Part shown: in pieces, positions 37,155 to 45,878 of the stretch
Layout: every line of letters begins with the position of its first letter
Position numbering within the stretch: the first letter of the stretch is position 1
NCBI GenBank assembly: GCA_964434285.1
Contig: CAYSUJ010000001.1
Span: 168,703-232,702, forward strand
DNA length: 64,000 bases
Direction of reading: 5' to 3'
Source: an uncultured Candidatus Saccharibacteria bacterium
GTDB lineage: Bacteria; Patescibacteriota; Minisyncoccia; Phycocordibacterales; UBA2100
The notes under the pieces: model-generated
Told to the model about the DNA's origin: nothing
What the model saw: the letters and a program-made list of their open reading frames with translations, nothing else
Database searches by the model: none
Program-made: the position numbers and the translations under genes

Positions 37155-37738
37155 AGAGCTGCTTCGATAATCCGCAGAGCGTTATCGAGTTTCGCCGCCC
37201 GATTCCTTCCGGTGACGATTCGAATGGGCAGGCCGTCTCGAATAAAACCAGCTATCTGTTTCTCCCAGTTCCGAGCCTCGCGGATACGTCTTGTGATCTC
37301 TCGCGCAGAAGATCCTCGTACAGTAAGACGTCTCCGAATCTCAGGTTCGGGAGGTGGCGCGATATGCAAGAACGCTCCCCGATTGCCGAGACGTTCCCAC
37401 CAGCGAGGAATATTGCCAGGCGTGATGGGTCGGATGGATAGAGATTTGCGCTCCAGCGATGCTTTTATACTCGCTTCGCGCATGCCGTAATAGTTGCGGG
37501 AGAACTTCGTGTACACGAAGAACTCTCCACGGGCTACCGCGGCTTCGAACTCGCCCTTCGAGATATACTCATACTCGCCGGAAAAATCTTCGTCACGAGG
37601 TCTCCTCGTCGTTGTCGATGTCATGAACATCGATCTAGGCATCGAGCGTAGCAGACCTTCTGTCAACGTACTCTTCCCCACCCCAGAGGCCCCAGTAATG
37701 AGAACGATCCGTAGATTACGTCTGTGGGTCTTGTTCAC
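37151..37738 (-). CDS. guanylate-kinase-like P-loop nucleoside monophosphate kinase
   Basis: Walker A ITGASGVGKSTL, then STTTRRPRDEDFSGEYEYISKGEFE (the Gmk S-x-TTR-x-PR...G-x-Y-x-F signature) and ...YYG. Confidence 0.6.
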   Translation of the reverse strand: MNKTHRRNLRIVLITGASGVGKSTLTEGLLRSMPRSMFMTSTTTRRPRDEDFSGEYEYISKGEFEAAVARGEFFVYTKFSRNYYGMREASIKASLERKSLSIRPITPGNIPRWWERLGNRGAFLHIAPPPEPEIRRRLTVRGSSAREITRRIREARNWEKQIAGFIRDGLPIRIVTGRNRAAKLDNALRIIEAAL

Positions 37739-38008
37739 ATCAACCTCCTATTTTCACCACGACTGCATACACCCTAGCGTAACTGACATCTGAGTGCAAC
37801 GAAGATAACGTTCCCAGTCGACAGCTTAAAAACGCGAGAGTCGTGTCGCATTTGTCGTATTTACATTTTGACCCAAAGCGACCCGTCCGCGTCAGAACCT
37901 ATCACCAAGAAACCTTTGGATTGCTTCACATCGACGGTGTGTGGACCTATACTGGGAGCATAGATACATACAGCAGACTTGCGCCATGTTAAGGTGTGAG
38001 TTCGGGAT

Positions 38009-38473
38009 ATGAAAAGCTACACACATACGCAGATTGGTTATTTGATGATTTGCGTCACACTTCTGGTGCTCACACTCTTCGTGTGGGTGCAGATGACGGC
38101 GCGCGCCGAACCCCCTTCCCCCGATTCCGGAACGAATCTTTTGGTGACTGCTGTGATGGCATTGATACTCGTCGTCCTCGGGTCACTCTCGACACTGACC
38201 ATCTCTCTTGACGAACAGTCTCTCCGTATTCGTTTCGGTTGGGGCATTTTCCACAAACGGTTTCCCCTCTCCGACATCGCAACATTTCAAAAGACCAAAA
38301 ATCATTGGTATTACGGTTGGGGAATCCGATTCTGGCTCTGGCCCAAGATGTGGATTTTCAACGTTTCTGGTTTTGACGCAGTGGAGCTCACTATGAAAAA
38401 TGGAGACGTATATCGCATCGGCACCGATGAGCCTGACGCACTTCTCGGTGCGCTTACCCGAGCGACACACTAG
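38009..38473 (+). CDS. membrane protein, two N-terminal TM helices plus a PH-like C-terminal domain
   Basis: Hydropathy and a bPH-like pattern; no confident family. Confidence 0.45.
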   Translation: MKSYTHTQIGYLMICVTLLVLTLFVWVQMTARAEPPSPDSGTNLLVTAVMALILVVLGSLSTLTISLDEQSLRIRFGWGIFHKRFPLSDIATFQKTKNHWYYGWGIRFWLWPKMWIFNVSGFDAVELTMKNGDVYRIGTDEPDALLGALTRATH

Positions 38474-38640
38474 CACTCAGACCACTACTCCCTCATCTCT
38501 TTCAGTTTCGAGAAGGCACAATTATTTCCCTTTGGGCCTCGGGTACGCAAAGGAGGTATTAATTGTGCCTGTCCCCTTTATTATCCTGGAAAGACTATTG
38601 AGTCGTGACAAGGTGTAGTATTGTTTCTTCTGCCGACTGA

Positions 38641-39213
38641 GTGTTTTCAATGAAAAAAATGAAAAAGCTTTCCATCATTGGTGTCGTCGTCTTGATTTTT
38701 AGTGGCGGTTGGTACCTTTTCACAGACAGTAACTCGACGCAAAAAGTACAAGAGGGTGGCTCAAATCCTCTCAACACGACATATGTGATTGATGGCAGAC
38801 CATATGCTCTGAAAGATGGTCTTTCTGAAGAAGCAATTCCGGCCTCAACTTCAAAAGTGGTAACGAGGTATTTTGGTAACGAGGTACGAACAGACTTAAA
38901 TGACGATGGACGAGAAGATGCGCTATTTCTCATCACACAAGAAACGGGAGGCACGGGAATTTTTTTCTATGTTGTTGCAGCGCTCAATACAGAGGATGGA
39001 TGGCGAGGTTCGCACGGACTTTTCCTGGGAGACCGTATAGCCCCACAAACAACAGCGCTGAGTCTCGATCCTTCTCACAAAAATATCATCGTGGTGAATT
39101 ACGCCGACAGAAATCCTGATGAACCAATGTCTGCACAACCTTCGATTGGCAAAAGTATGTGGCTTGAACTTGATCTTGAAACCCTGCAGTTTGGAGAAGT
39201 GGTCCGAAATTGA
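38641..39213 (+). CDS. secreted or membrane-anchored hypothetical protein
   Basis: N-terminal MKKMKKLSIIGVVVLIFSGGW signal anchor. Confidence 0.45.
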   Translation: MFSMKKMKKLSIIGVVVLIFSGGWYLFTDSNSTQKVQEGGSNPLNTTYVIDGRPYALKDGLSEEAIPASTSKVVTRYFGNEVRTDLNDDGREDALFLITQETGGTGIFFYVVAALNTEDGWRGSHGLFLGDRIAPQTTALSLDPSHKNIIVVNYADRNPDEPMSAQPSIGKSMWLELDLETLQFGEVVRN

Positions 39214-39305
39214 AAAGTCACTGACGAACATACGATGTCCGTCAGTGAGCTGAAAGGGGTTCGAGTTCGATCGTAGAAAGTTCATGAATTCAAAAGTATT
39301 TGATA

Positions 39306-39327
39306 GGTATACCCCAGGGGGGTATAC
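39306..39327 (+). promoter_or_regulatory. CsoR-type operator: perfect palindrome GGTATACCCC-ag-GGGGTATACT, 10 nt upstream of the csoR ATG and overlapping a TATACT -10-like element
   Basis: GC-tract pseudo-palindromes of the form ATACCC-n-GGGTAT are the known CsoR operator architecture. Confidence 0.55.
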
Positions 39328-39336
39328 TCATACTCT

Positions 39337-39612
39337 ATGAAATACATGGACGAAAATAATAAGGCGAAGGTTAACCGTCGCCTCAAGCTTTTGGAGGGTC
39401 AGGTTCGAGGTCTTCAAAAGATGGTTGAGAACGATGCCTACTGCATCGACGTTATTACCCAAACATCGGCAGTAAAGCAGGGCTTGTCTAATGTCGAGGA
39501 TATGCTTCTTGAAAACCACCTTGGACATTGCGTTTTTCATCAAGTCCAATCTGGCCAAACAAAGAAAGCCACGGAGGAAATTATCAAAGTTTACAAGCTA
39601 AAGCGGAAATAA
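39337..39612 (+). CDS. csoR: CsoR/RcnR-family metal-sensing transcriptional repressor (copper-sensitive operon repressor)
   Basis: DUF156 pattern with the metal-ligand Cys (YCIDV) and H-x4-C (HLGHCVFH) motifs; sits upstream of copA. Confidence 0.8.
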   Translation: MKYMDENNKAKVNRRLKLLEGQVRGLQKMVENDAYCIDVITQTSAVKQGLSNVEDMLLENHLGHCVFHQVQSGQTKKATEEIIKVYKLKRK

Positions 39613-39613
39613 T

Positions 39614-41908
39614 ATGCATACACAGACCTACAAAGTAAAAGGAATGCATTGCGCCTCCTGCTCATCGGTCATCGAGAAGACTTTTAAGAAAGTCACGGGG
39701 GTAGAATCAGCGGAAGTTAACTACGGCACAGAAAAGGCCAAGGTATCGTTTGATCCGTCAAAAACAAACCCGCACGATCTCTCGAAACATATTGAACCGC
39801 TCGGCTACTCTCTGGAAATTCCAATGAGTGCTGAAGAAATGGGTATGAGTGAAAGCGAGCATGCAGCTCACCTCGGGCTTAACCAATCAAAGAAGGAAAA
39901 GCTCGCAGAAGTTGCGGATATGAAGACAAAGGTGCTCTCGGCCATTCCCCTTGCCATCATTGCCGCTTTTATCATGGGCTGGGATATTCTTGCGGAATAC
40001 AAAGTCGTGGCAGAAATGGATTACGCGGTGACGGAATTTTTTCACCACTTACTTCCTATTTTCGCGACGTACATCCTTTTTGTAGTGGGCAAGCCCTATT
40101 TGCTCGGTTTTTATAGATTCCTTCGTTATGGCAAGGCAAACATGGACACGCTGATCGGAATCGGGACCGTTTCCGCTTTTCTCTACAGTTTTGCCGTCAG
40201 CGCTTTTGAAGAAGCGCTTCGGCCTTTTATAAATGTTGAGTATCAATACTACGACGTGACGATTGTAGTCATTACGTTTATTGCTCTCGGAAAGTATCTT
40301 GAAGCGCGTTCAAAAATAAAGACGGGCGATGCAATTGAGAAATTGCTCAATCTCCAAGCCAAGACCGCGCTTGTCATCCGTGACGGCAAAGAAGTCGAGA
40401 TTGAAGCTGTCGACGTTAAACATGGTGATGTGGTCATTATCAAACCCGGCGCAAAGATTCCGGTGGACGGCGTAATAACCGAGGGCGGTTCCTTTATCGA
40501 CGAGTCTATGGTCACCGGCGAGCCGATGCCGAGGCATATGAAGATCGGCGATTCTGTCGTCGCCGGAACAATCAACGGGAGCGGCTCGTTTACTTTCAAG
40601 GCTACAAAAGTCGGGTCGGAGACCTTGCTCGCCCAGATTATAAAAATGGTCGAGGTTGCCCAAGGAAGTAAGGCGCCGATTCAGGCATTGGCTGACAAAA
40701 TTTCTGCGGTTTTTGTGCCAATCGTTCTTGTCATTGCGTTCCTTACGCTAGGCACTTGGCTCATTGTCGGCTCACAGTATCTTGGCTTCTCACAAGCACT
40801 CTCTTTCGGCCTCGTCTCGTTTGTAGGCATCCTTGTTATCGCATGTCCGTGTGCTTTGGGGCTTGCCACACCGACCGCCATCATCGTTGGCGTGGGCAAG
40901 GGTGCGAAAGAAGGCATTCTCATCAAAGATGCGGCGACTCTTGAGAAGCTTCACAAGGTCAATACGGTAGTGGTTGATAAAACGGGAACAATCACTAAAG
41001 GTAAGCCGACTCTGGTGCATATTCAGAATCTTTCCGATCTAAATGATAACGAATTGGTGTCGGTTATTGCTTCGTTAGAAAAGAAGTCCGAGCATCCGAT
41101 TGCACATGCGATCGTAAGCTATGCAGAGGGGAAAAATATTGCGCTGTCAGAAATTTCGGAATTTGAAGGCATACAGGGCAAGGGATTAAAAGGTAGGTTC
41201 ATGGGAGTTGAATATTTTGTCGGTAACGCAAAACTCGTGAGCGACCTCAATCTTGCCTTTGACGCTGCACTACTGAACAAGTTTACCTCGGAGGGCAAGA
41301 CGCCAGTCATTCTCGCCACCAAAGATAAGGTACTCGGCTTTGTGATGGTGGCCGATGAGATAAAACAGGAGTCAAGGCAAGCTGTCGCTGATCTGTATAA
41401 GCTCGGAATCAAAGTGGTCATGCTTACCGGCGACGACGAAAAGGCCGCAAAATACATTGCCTCTCTGGTGGGAATTGGTGATGTTGTTGCTCATGTCTTA
41501 CCGCAAGACAAGCTCGAAAAAATACAGGCGATCCAGTCGCAAGGCGCAATTGTGGCCATGGCCGGCGACGGCGTGAATGACGCCCCAGCACTCGCCCAGG
41601 CGGATGTCGGTATCGCCATGGGAACCGGCACGGACGTGGCCATTGAGTCGGCTGGTATCACGCTTCTTGGTGGAGATATCTCAAAGTTGGTGAAGGCTAT
41701 CAGGCTGTCCAAAATCACCATGAGAGGCATCAAGCAAAACCTGTTCTGGGCATTTGTTTATAACATCGTAGGCATACCGCTTGCGGCAGGAGTCTTTTAT
41801 CCGCTTGGAGGATGGCTCTTAAATCCGGTCTTTGCCGGGTTCGCGATGGCTTTATCTAGCGTGTCAGTGGTGTCGAATTCACTGAGAATTAAAGCTAAAA
41901 AAATATAA
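39614..41908 (+). CDS. copA: copper-translocating P1B-type ATPase
   Basis: N-terminal HMA domain GMHCASC, CPC in TM6, DKTGT phosphorylation site, GDGVNDAPAL. Confidence 0.9.
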   Translation: MHTQTYKVKGMHCASCSSVIEKTFKKVTGVESAEVNYGTEKAKVSFDPSKTNPHDLSKHIEPLGYSLEIPMSAEEMGMSESEHAAHLGLNQSKKEKLAEVADMKTKVLSAIPLAIIAAFIMGWDILAEYKVVAEMDYAVTEFFHHLLPIFATYILFVVGKPYLLGFYRFLRYGKANMDTLIGIGTVSAFLYSFAVSAFEEALRPFINVEYQYYDVTIVVITFIALGKYLEARSKIKTGDAIEKLLNLQAKTALVIRDGKEVEIEAVDVKHGDVVIIKPGAKIPVDGVITEGGSFIDESMVTGEPMPRHMKIGDSVVAGTINGSGSFTFKATKVGSETLLAQIIKMVEVAQGSKAPIQALADKISAVFVPIVLVIAFLTLGTWLIVGSQYLGFSQALSFGLVSFVGILVIACPCALGLATPTAIIVGVGKGAKEGILIKDAATLEKLHKVNTVVVDKTGTITKGKPTLVHIQNLSDLNDNELVSVIASLEKKSEHPIAHAIVSYAEGKNIALSEISEFEGIQGKGLKGRFMGVEYFVGNAKLVSDLNLAFDAALLNKFTSEGKTPVILATKDKVLGFVMVADEIKQESRQAVADLYKLGIKVVMLTGDDEKAAKYIASLVGIGDVVAHVLPQDKLEKIQAIQSQGAIVAMAGDGVNDAPALAQADVGIAMGTGTDVAIESAGITLLGGDISKLVKAIRLSKITMRGIKQNLFWAFVYNIVGIPLAAGVFYPLGGWLLNPVFAGFAMALSSVSVVSNSLRIKAKKI

Positions 41909-41910
41909 CT

Positions 41911-42981
41911 ATGAATACATATACATTCCACGTTTCCGGCACTCACTGCGCTTCATGCAAGATCTTCATTGAAGATACGTTGAACGAGCAGCTTGGTATC
42001 GAGCGTGCAAACGTCGATCTGAAGAACGAAACCGTATCGTTTGATACAACCCTTAAAGAAGACCAGCAACAACTTGCAGATATGCTCTCGGAAAAAATTA
42101 AACGCAACGGATACGCTCTTTCAGTCCCGCCTCCGCAGGGCTACGGACGGGCAAGCGAGAAAATGGTAAAACAGAAGGATGGTCAGGGGCTTATTTGGCA
42201 AGCACTGCCGATCGGACTTGGGTTTCTGATTCTGTTTTTCTTACTGCAAAAGTCCGGCATTCTTAATCTCGGACTCGGCGGGGAGATTTTGCCCGTCACC
42301 AGTTTTATTATCGGTCTCATTGCGTCAGTATCATCGTGTCTCGCAATAGTTGGCGGCTTGGTCTTATCGCTTTCGGCCAAAATATCGCAGGACAATATAA
42401 GCGACACCCGCCTTCGCGCGAGGCTACGGACGGGCGAGGCAAAAACGTTCACACTTTTCCATGTGGGCAGGCTTGCCAGCTTTGCGGTGTTGGGCGGCGT
42501 TTTGGGGGCAATCGGTAGCGCGATAGGTATTAATTTCACGTTTACGGCAATCTTGGGCATCCTGGCATCGGTGGTGATGTTACTCTTGGGACTGAACTTG
42601 GTCGGAATTTTTGAAAAAAATAAGATCGCTCTGCCCTCAGGAATTTTCAATTTTTTCCGTAGAATCGAGCATAAAACATTTACCCCACTTGTTCTCGGTT
42701 TTGCCACGTTTTTCCTGCCCTGTGGATTTACGCAATCGATGCAGGTTCAGGCATTAAGCAGCGGATCGTTCATGTCGGGACTTACTATCATGCTCGCATT
42801 TGCTTTGGGGACCTTACCGATGCTTCTACTTCTTTCTTTCGGCTCTGCATCGTTTGCTCACGGAAAGCACGCCCCACTATTCTTCAAATCTGCCGGAATA
42901 GTCGTCATCGGCCTCGGACTGTTCGCGCTTCTCGCAGGGCTTGCCGGACTTGGAATTATTCCTCCGCTATTTAATATCTAA
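41911..42981 (+). CDS. HMA (CxxC copper-chaperone-like) domain fused to a multi-TM membrane domain of the DsbD/CcdA-like or TauE-like type
   Basis: GTHCASCKIFIED then about 8 TM helices; typical accessory of cop operons. Confidence 0.6.
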   Translation: MNTYTFHVSGTHCASCKIFIEDTLNEQLGIERANVDLKNETVSFDTTLKEDQQQLADMLSEKIKRNGYALSVPPPQGYGRASEKMVKQKDGQGLIWQALPIGLGFLILFFLLQKSGILNLGLGGEILPVTSFIIGLIASVSSCLAIVGGLVLSLSAKISQDNISDTRLRARLRTGEAKTFTLFHVGRLASFAVLGGVLGAIGSAIGINFTFTAILGILASVVMLLLGLNLVGIFEKNKIALPSGIFNFFRRIEHKTFTPLVLGFATFFLPCGFTQSMQVQALSSGSFMSGLTIMLAFALGTLPMLLLLSFGSASFAHGKHAPLFFKSAGIVVIGLGLFALLAGLAGLGIIPPLFNI

Positions 42982-42993
42982 TGTACCTAATGT

Positions 42994-43389
42994 ATGTATA
43001 AAACCGCTTCAATAATCATAACGGTCGCGCTTGTGATTGGTGTCGGCATTGTGTTTTTGGGACAGTCACGAAATAACCCTGGCTCCAGCGGAACTGCATC
43101 GGTGCAAAACGTTGAAATACGAGACGGAGTTCAGTATGTCACCATCAATGCGCGGGGCGGCTACTCGCCCAAAGTGTCTACCGCACAAGCGAATATTCCG
43201 ACAAAATTAATCGTGAAAACAAACGGCACATACGACTGTTCCGCTTCATTGGTCATAAGGTCAATCGGTTATCAGAAAATCTTGCCTAATACCGGAGAAG
43301 AAATAATAGACCTAGGCACTCCGCAAGCCGGAACATTTCAGGGGCTTTGCAGCATGGGAATGTACAATTTCGCGCTTAATTTTAATTAA
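42994..43389 (+). CDS. membrane-anchored cupredoxin-like domain protein
   Basis: N-terminal TM; Cys/Met-containing beta-rich domain (YDCSASLVI...GLCSMGMY) as in cupredoxin_1-type proteins of cop loci. Confidence 0.5.
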   Translation: MYKTASIIITVALVIGVGIVFLGQSRNNPGSSGTASVQNVEIRDGVQYVTINARGGYSPKVSTAQANIPTKLIVKTNGTYDCSASLVIRSIGYQKILPNTGEEIIDLGTPQAGTFQGLCSMGMYNFALNFN

Positions 43390-43589
43390 CGTGTTTTTTC
43401 GCTCTTTCCACACGTCGATGCATTGCTCAACAGAGCACGTATCGCATGCAATTCCCATAGCGCCCGCTTCCGGTCAGTAGCTCCCTGGCCAGACAGGCTG
43501 AACTCGCTCAATTTAAAGTGGAATCTGACTCCACTGTATTTTTTCGACTCATCAGAGAGAATACTGCAAAAATCTTCTCCTTTTTAAAA

Positions 43590-44160
43590 AAACGACCACC
43601 GGCCTAAAGGTCGGTGGCTTTGTGTTTGCCGGCAGGACGGCGATGGTCATCGAGAGGTTAGCCTGTCGAGGAGTGACGGCTGATCGACTTTTGCATGGTG
43701 ATGTTGGTGTCTGACATAGCGACGGATCAGGTGTTCGTCGAGACTGATGGTCGAGACGAAGTAGCCTCGTGCCCAGAGCGACTGTTTTTCGTAGAGACCG
43801 GATACGCGCTTGATCTTTTTCTTCATTCATGCGGACGACTTTCCTTTCAGTGTCTGCATGATGTAGGAAACGGAATCCTTGGGTGTGGCGAGAAGAACGA
43901 GATGGATGTGGTCCACCTGCATGTTGAACTCGATGATTTCCCAGTGTTTCCACTTCACAATATACTCGAACATTCTGCGGAGTTCGCGCTTCACGGTCTC
44001 GTCATTCAGTACCTCGCCACGGTACTTGGGCGTCCAGACTATGTAGTATTTAATATCGTAAAAACAGTGTGATAATGTACGGATCGTACGTTTGTGTTGC
44101 ATGCCGAACGTAATGGTTAGTTGCTAATCGCCGTCCTACCGGACGGCGTTAGCATACGCC
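43590..44160 (-). mobile_element. IS200/IS605-family element with subterminal hairpins: GACCACCGGCC-taaa-GGTCGGTGGC at about 43594-43622 and GCCGTCC-tacc-GGACGGC at about 44134-44151
   Basis: tnpA is flanked by the imperfect palindromes characteristic of this family; no tnpB is present. Confidence 0.55.
43623..44102 (-). pseudogene. tnpA: IS200/IS605 transposase TnpA (Y1 HUH transposase) interrupted by an in-frame TGA: ...TLKGKSSA*MKKKIKRVSGLYEKQSLWARGYFVSTISLDEHLIRRYV...
   Basis: HUH motif VDHIHLVL in the N-terminal part and the LWARGYF Tyr motif in the C-terminal part are in the same frame, separated by TGA. TGA functions as stop elsewhere in the window (e.g. GH3 at 48509-48511). Confidence 0.7.
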
Positions 44161-44215
44161 CCTCCCTTCAAACGTACACTCCAGCTAAGGCCGGAGGTTT
44201 TTCTTTGTAATAAAT

Positions 44216-44241
44216 GACCCTGGCCGAGGATGGCCAGGGTC
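44216..44241 (-). terminator. hairpin GACCCTGGCC-gagga-TGGCCAGGGTC directly after the CoA-transferase stop
   Basis: 10-bp perfect stem; A/T-rich trailer on the minus strand. Confidence 0.45.
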
Positions 44242-44249
44242 GTTCTCCT

Positions 44250-45695
44250 TTAGGCTACATATTCAATTGCATGACCCGGATAGAGCCTAGGGAGTAGTCG
44301 AGGATGAAGCTCCGTTACCCCTTTCCTCAAACTATCCCTGAAGTCGGGATGAGCGATGCTGATGATTCGCTCGACCACCACGGCCTCATCGTTGTGCGCA
44401 ATATGCACCACACCATGCTCCGTCGCAAGGTAATCGACTAGCTCGGACGGCGTCGAGACACTCACGCCCCGGGGCACGGCAGCAGTGATACTGCTTCGGA
44501 TCGTGCCGCGATCATCCCGATAGATGCTCGGCGTGCCAATGACCGAAACACCGAACTCAGTACGTCGAATCTCCTCGATCAGCTCGCGTTGTCCGCCAAT
44601 CGCCGAGTACTTTTCGACAGTGCCATCAACCCGTTTTCGCATTGTGGCGTAGACTTCTCCAAACGCGGAAAAACCGAATGCCGCATTGAGGCTAAACGAG
44701 TACGGATGACGCTCGCGACGACCATTGACCCACTCCTGCGGCAGGATGAGCACGTCTGGATTGCGGTGAACAAAGTCACGAATCTTCTTCGTTCCCGCAA
44801 TAATGCCCATCACGTGCTTACCATGGAATGCACCGGAGCGGTTACGCCCGGTGACAACACCTTTCTCAATCGCGTCGACTAGGCTATCCGACGCAAGCTC
44901 TGTGTCTACTGAGAGATCACGATACCCCTCGAGCATTCTCCACAGCGCGCCCGGCCCACCGATACCAGCCTGGATCGAGCTTTGCCGATCCTTAATGAGG
45001 CCTTGTGCTTCGATGTGACGAGCGATTGCCTCCCATGCCGGATTAAGTTCTCCTTTCAGTGGAAAATCCACAAGTGGGAGGTTCTCTTCAATGATGATAT
45101 CAACTTCGTCCTCATGCACTGCACATCCAGCCCTCAGTACGGTCTCCCGGCCAGTTACCGGGTCAGTCCAGGTATGTGCGATGCCTCCCGTGTATGCTTG
45201 CGGCATATTAGGATTCACCACGAGCACCCGAAGGGCGTACCCTCCCTTCGCACCCATGAAGCCAGAGAGCATAAGGCTTCCATCGAGTGTCATTGCGTAG
45301 AGCCCATCTCGTGCGGGAGCGGCGTGACCAATAACGATGTCGGCACCCCACTTACCCGCCATTGAACGAACTGCACGCGACAAATCATCGGCAATAAATA
45401 CACCATTGCCGCTATTCATCGCCTCACGATTCGCACTGCCGATGAAGGGTGTCACCGGAACGATGCCACCACGAGATCGCCATTTGGGCTGACCAACGGG
45501 GAGAATTTGCACATACTCCACCGATCTTGGCGGAAACCTCGTCGACTGTTCACTGAGATACGAATCGAGCCTTTCAATCGTCGCCCCATTGCCTGGGGCA
45601 AAGACGCGGCACGAGCCGTATGTATTGACATGGTCCTGTATGAGATTCCTGATAATGCCGACAGTACCGGCAATCTTCTTTGCCTTCCGTCTCAT
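44250..45695 (-). CDS. acetyl-CoA hydrolase/transferase family protein (CoA-transferase such as succinyl-CoA:acetate or 4-hydroxybutyrate CoA-transferase)
   Basis: Two-domain AcetylCoA_hydro N/C architecture, GXGG(A/P) glycine loops, about 480 aa. Confidence 0.75.
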   Translation of the reverse strand: MRRKAKKIAGTVGIIRNLIQDHVNTYGSCRVFAPGNGATIERLDSYLSEQSTRFPPRSVEYVQILPVGQPKWRSRGGIVPVTPFIGSANREAMNSGNGVFIADDLSRAVRSMAGKWGADIVIGHAAPARDGLYAMTLDGSLMLSGFMGAKGGYALRVLVVNPNMPQAYTGGIAHTWTDPVTGRETVLRAGCAVHEDEVDIIIEENLPLVDFPLKGELNPAWEAIARHIEAQGLIKDRQSSIQAGIGGPGALWRMLEGYRDLSVDTELASDSLVDAIEKGVVTGRNRSGAFHGKHVMGIIAGTKKIRDFVHRNPDVLILPQEWVNGRRERHPYSFSLNAAFGFSAFGEVYATMRKRVDGTVEKYSAIGGQRELIEEIRRTEFGVSVIGTPSIYRDDRGTIRSSITAAVPRGVSVSTPSELVDYLATEHGVVHIAHNDEAVVVERIISIAHPDFRDSLRKGVTELHPRLLPRLYPGHAIEYVA

Positions 45696-45847
45696 GATTC
45701 ACCATTCCCCTTTCTGTATGCAGGCCGCCTTCAAGCTAAAGAACAGCCAGTTAACAGTATACCATATTTATGGACTTACGTACATATCCGCGACATCCCA
45801 TTATCCCGTCACACTGCATCGGTTATGTGTGTAGCCTTTTAATGAAA

Positions 45848-45878
45848 GCCGGGCACAGGTGTGCCCGGCTTTTTTCTA
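45848..45878. terminator. hairpin GCCGGGCAC-aggt-GTGCCCGGC with a T6 run (+) or TTTCATT (-), at the 3' end of the GNAT gene
   Basis: Perfect 9-bp stem. Confidence 0.5.

Noticed and set aside
43552-43953. 133-aa minus ORF overlapping tnpA in another frame, and the + ORF at 43695..44072
   Set aside because: The TnpA frame (HUH ... stop ... Y-motif) explains the region; these are out-of-frame artefacts.
43623-44102. Alternative genetic code (UGA=Gly, code 25) as the explanation for the in-frame TGA in tnpA
   Set aside because: Long conserved genes (copA, pbp2, proS) are full length under the standard code, and GH3 terminates with TGA, so TGA is a genuine stop here.
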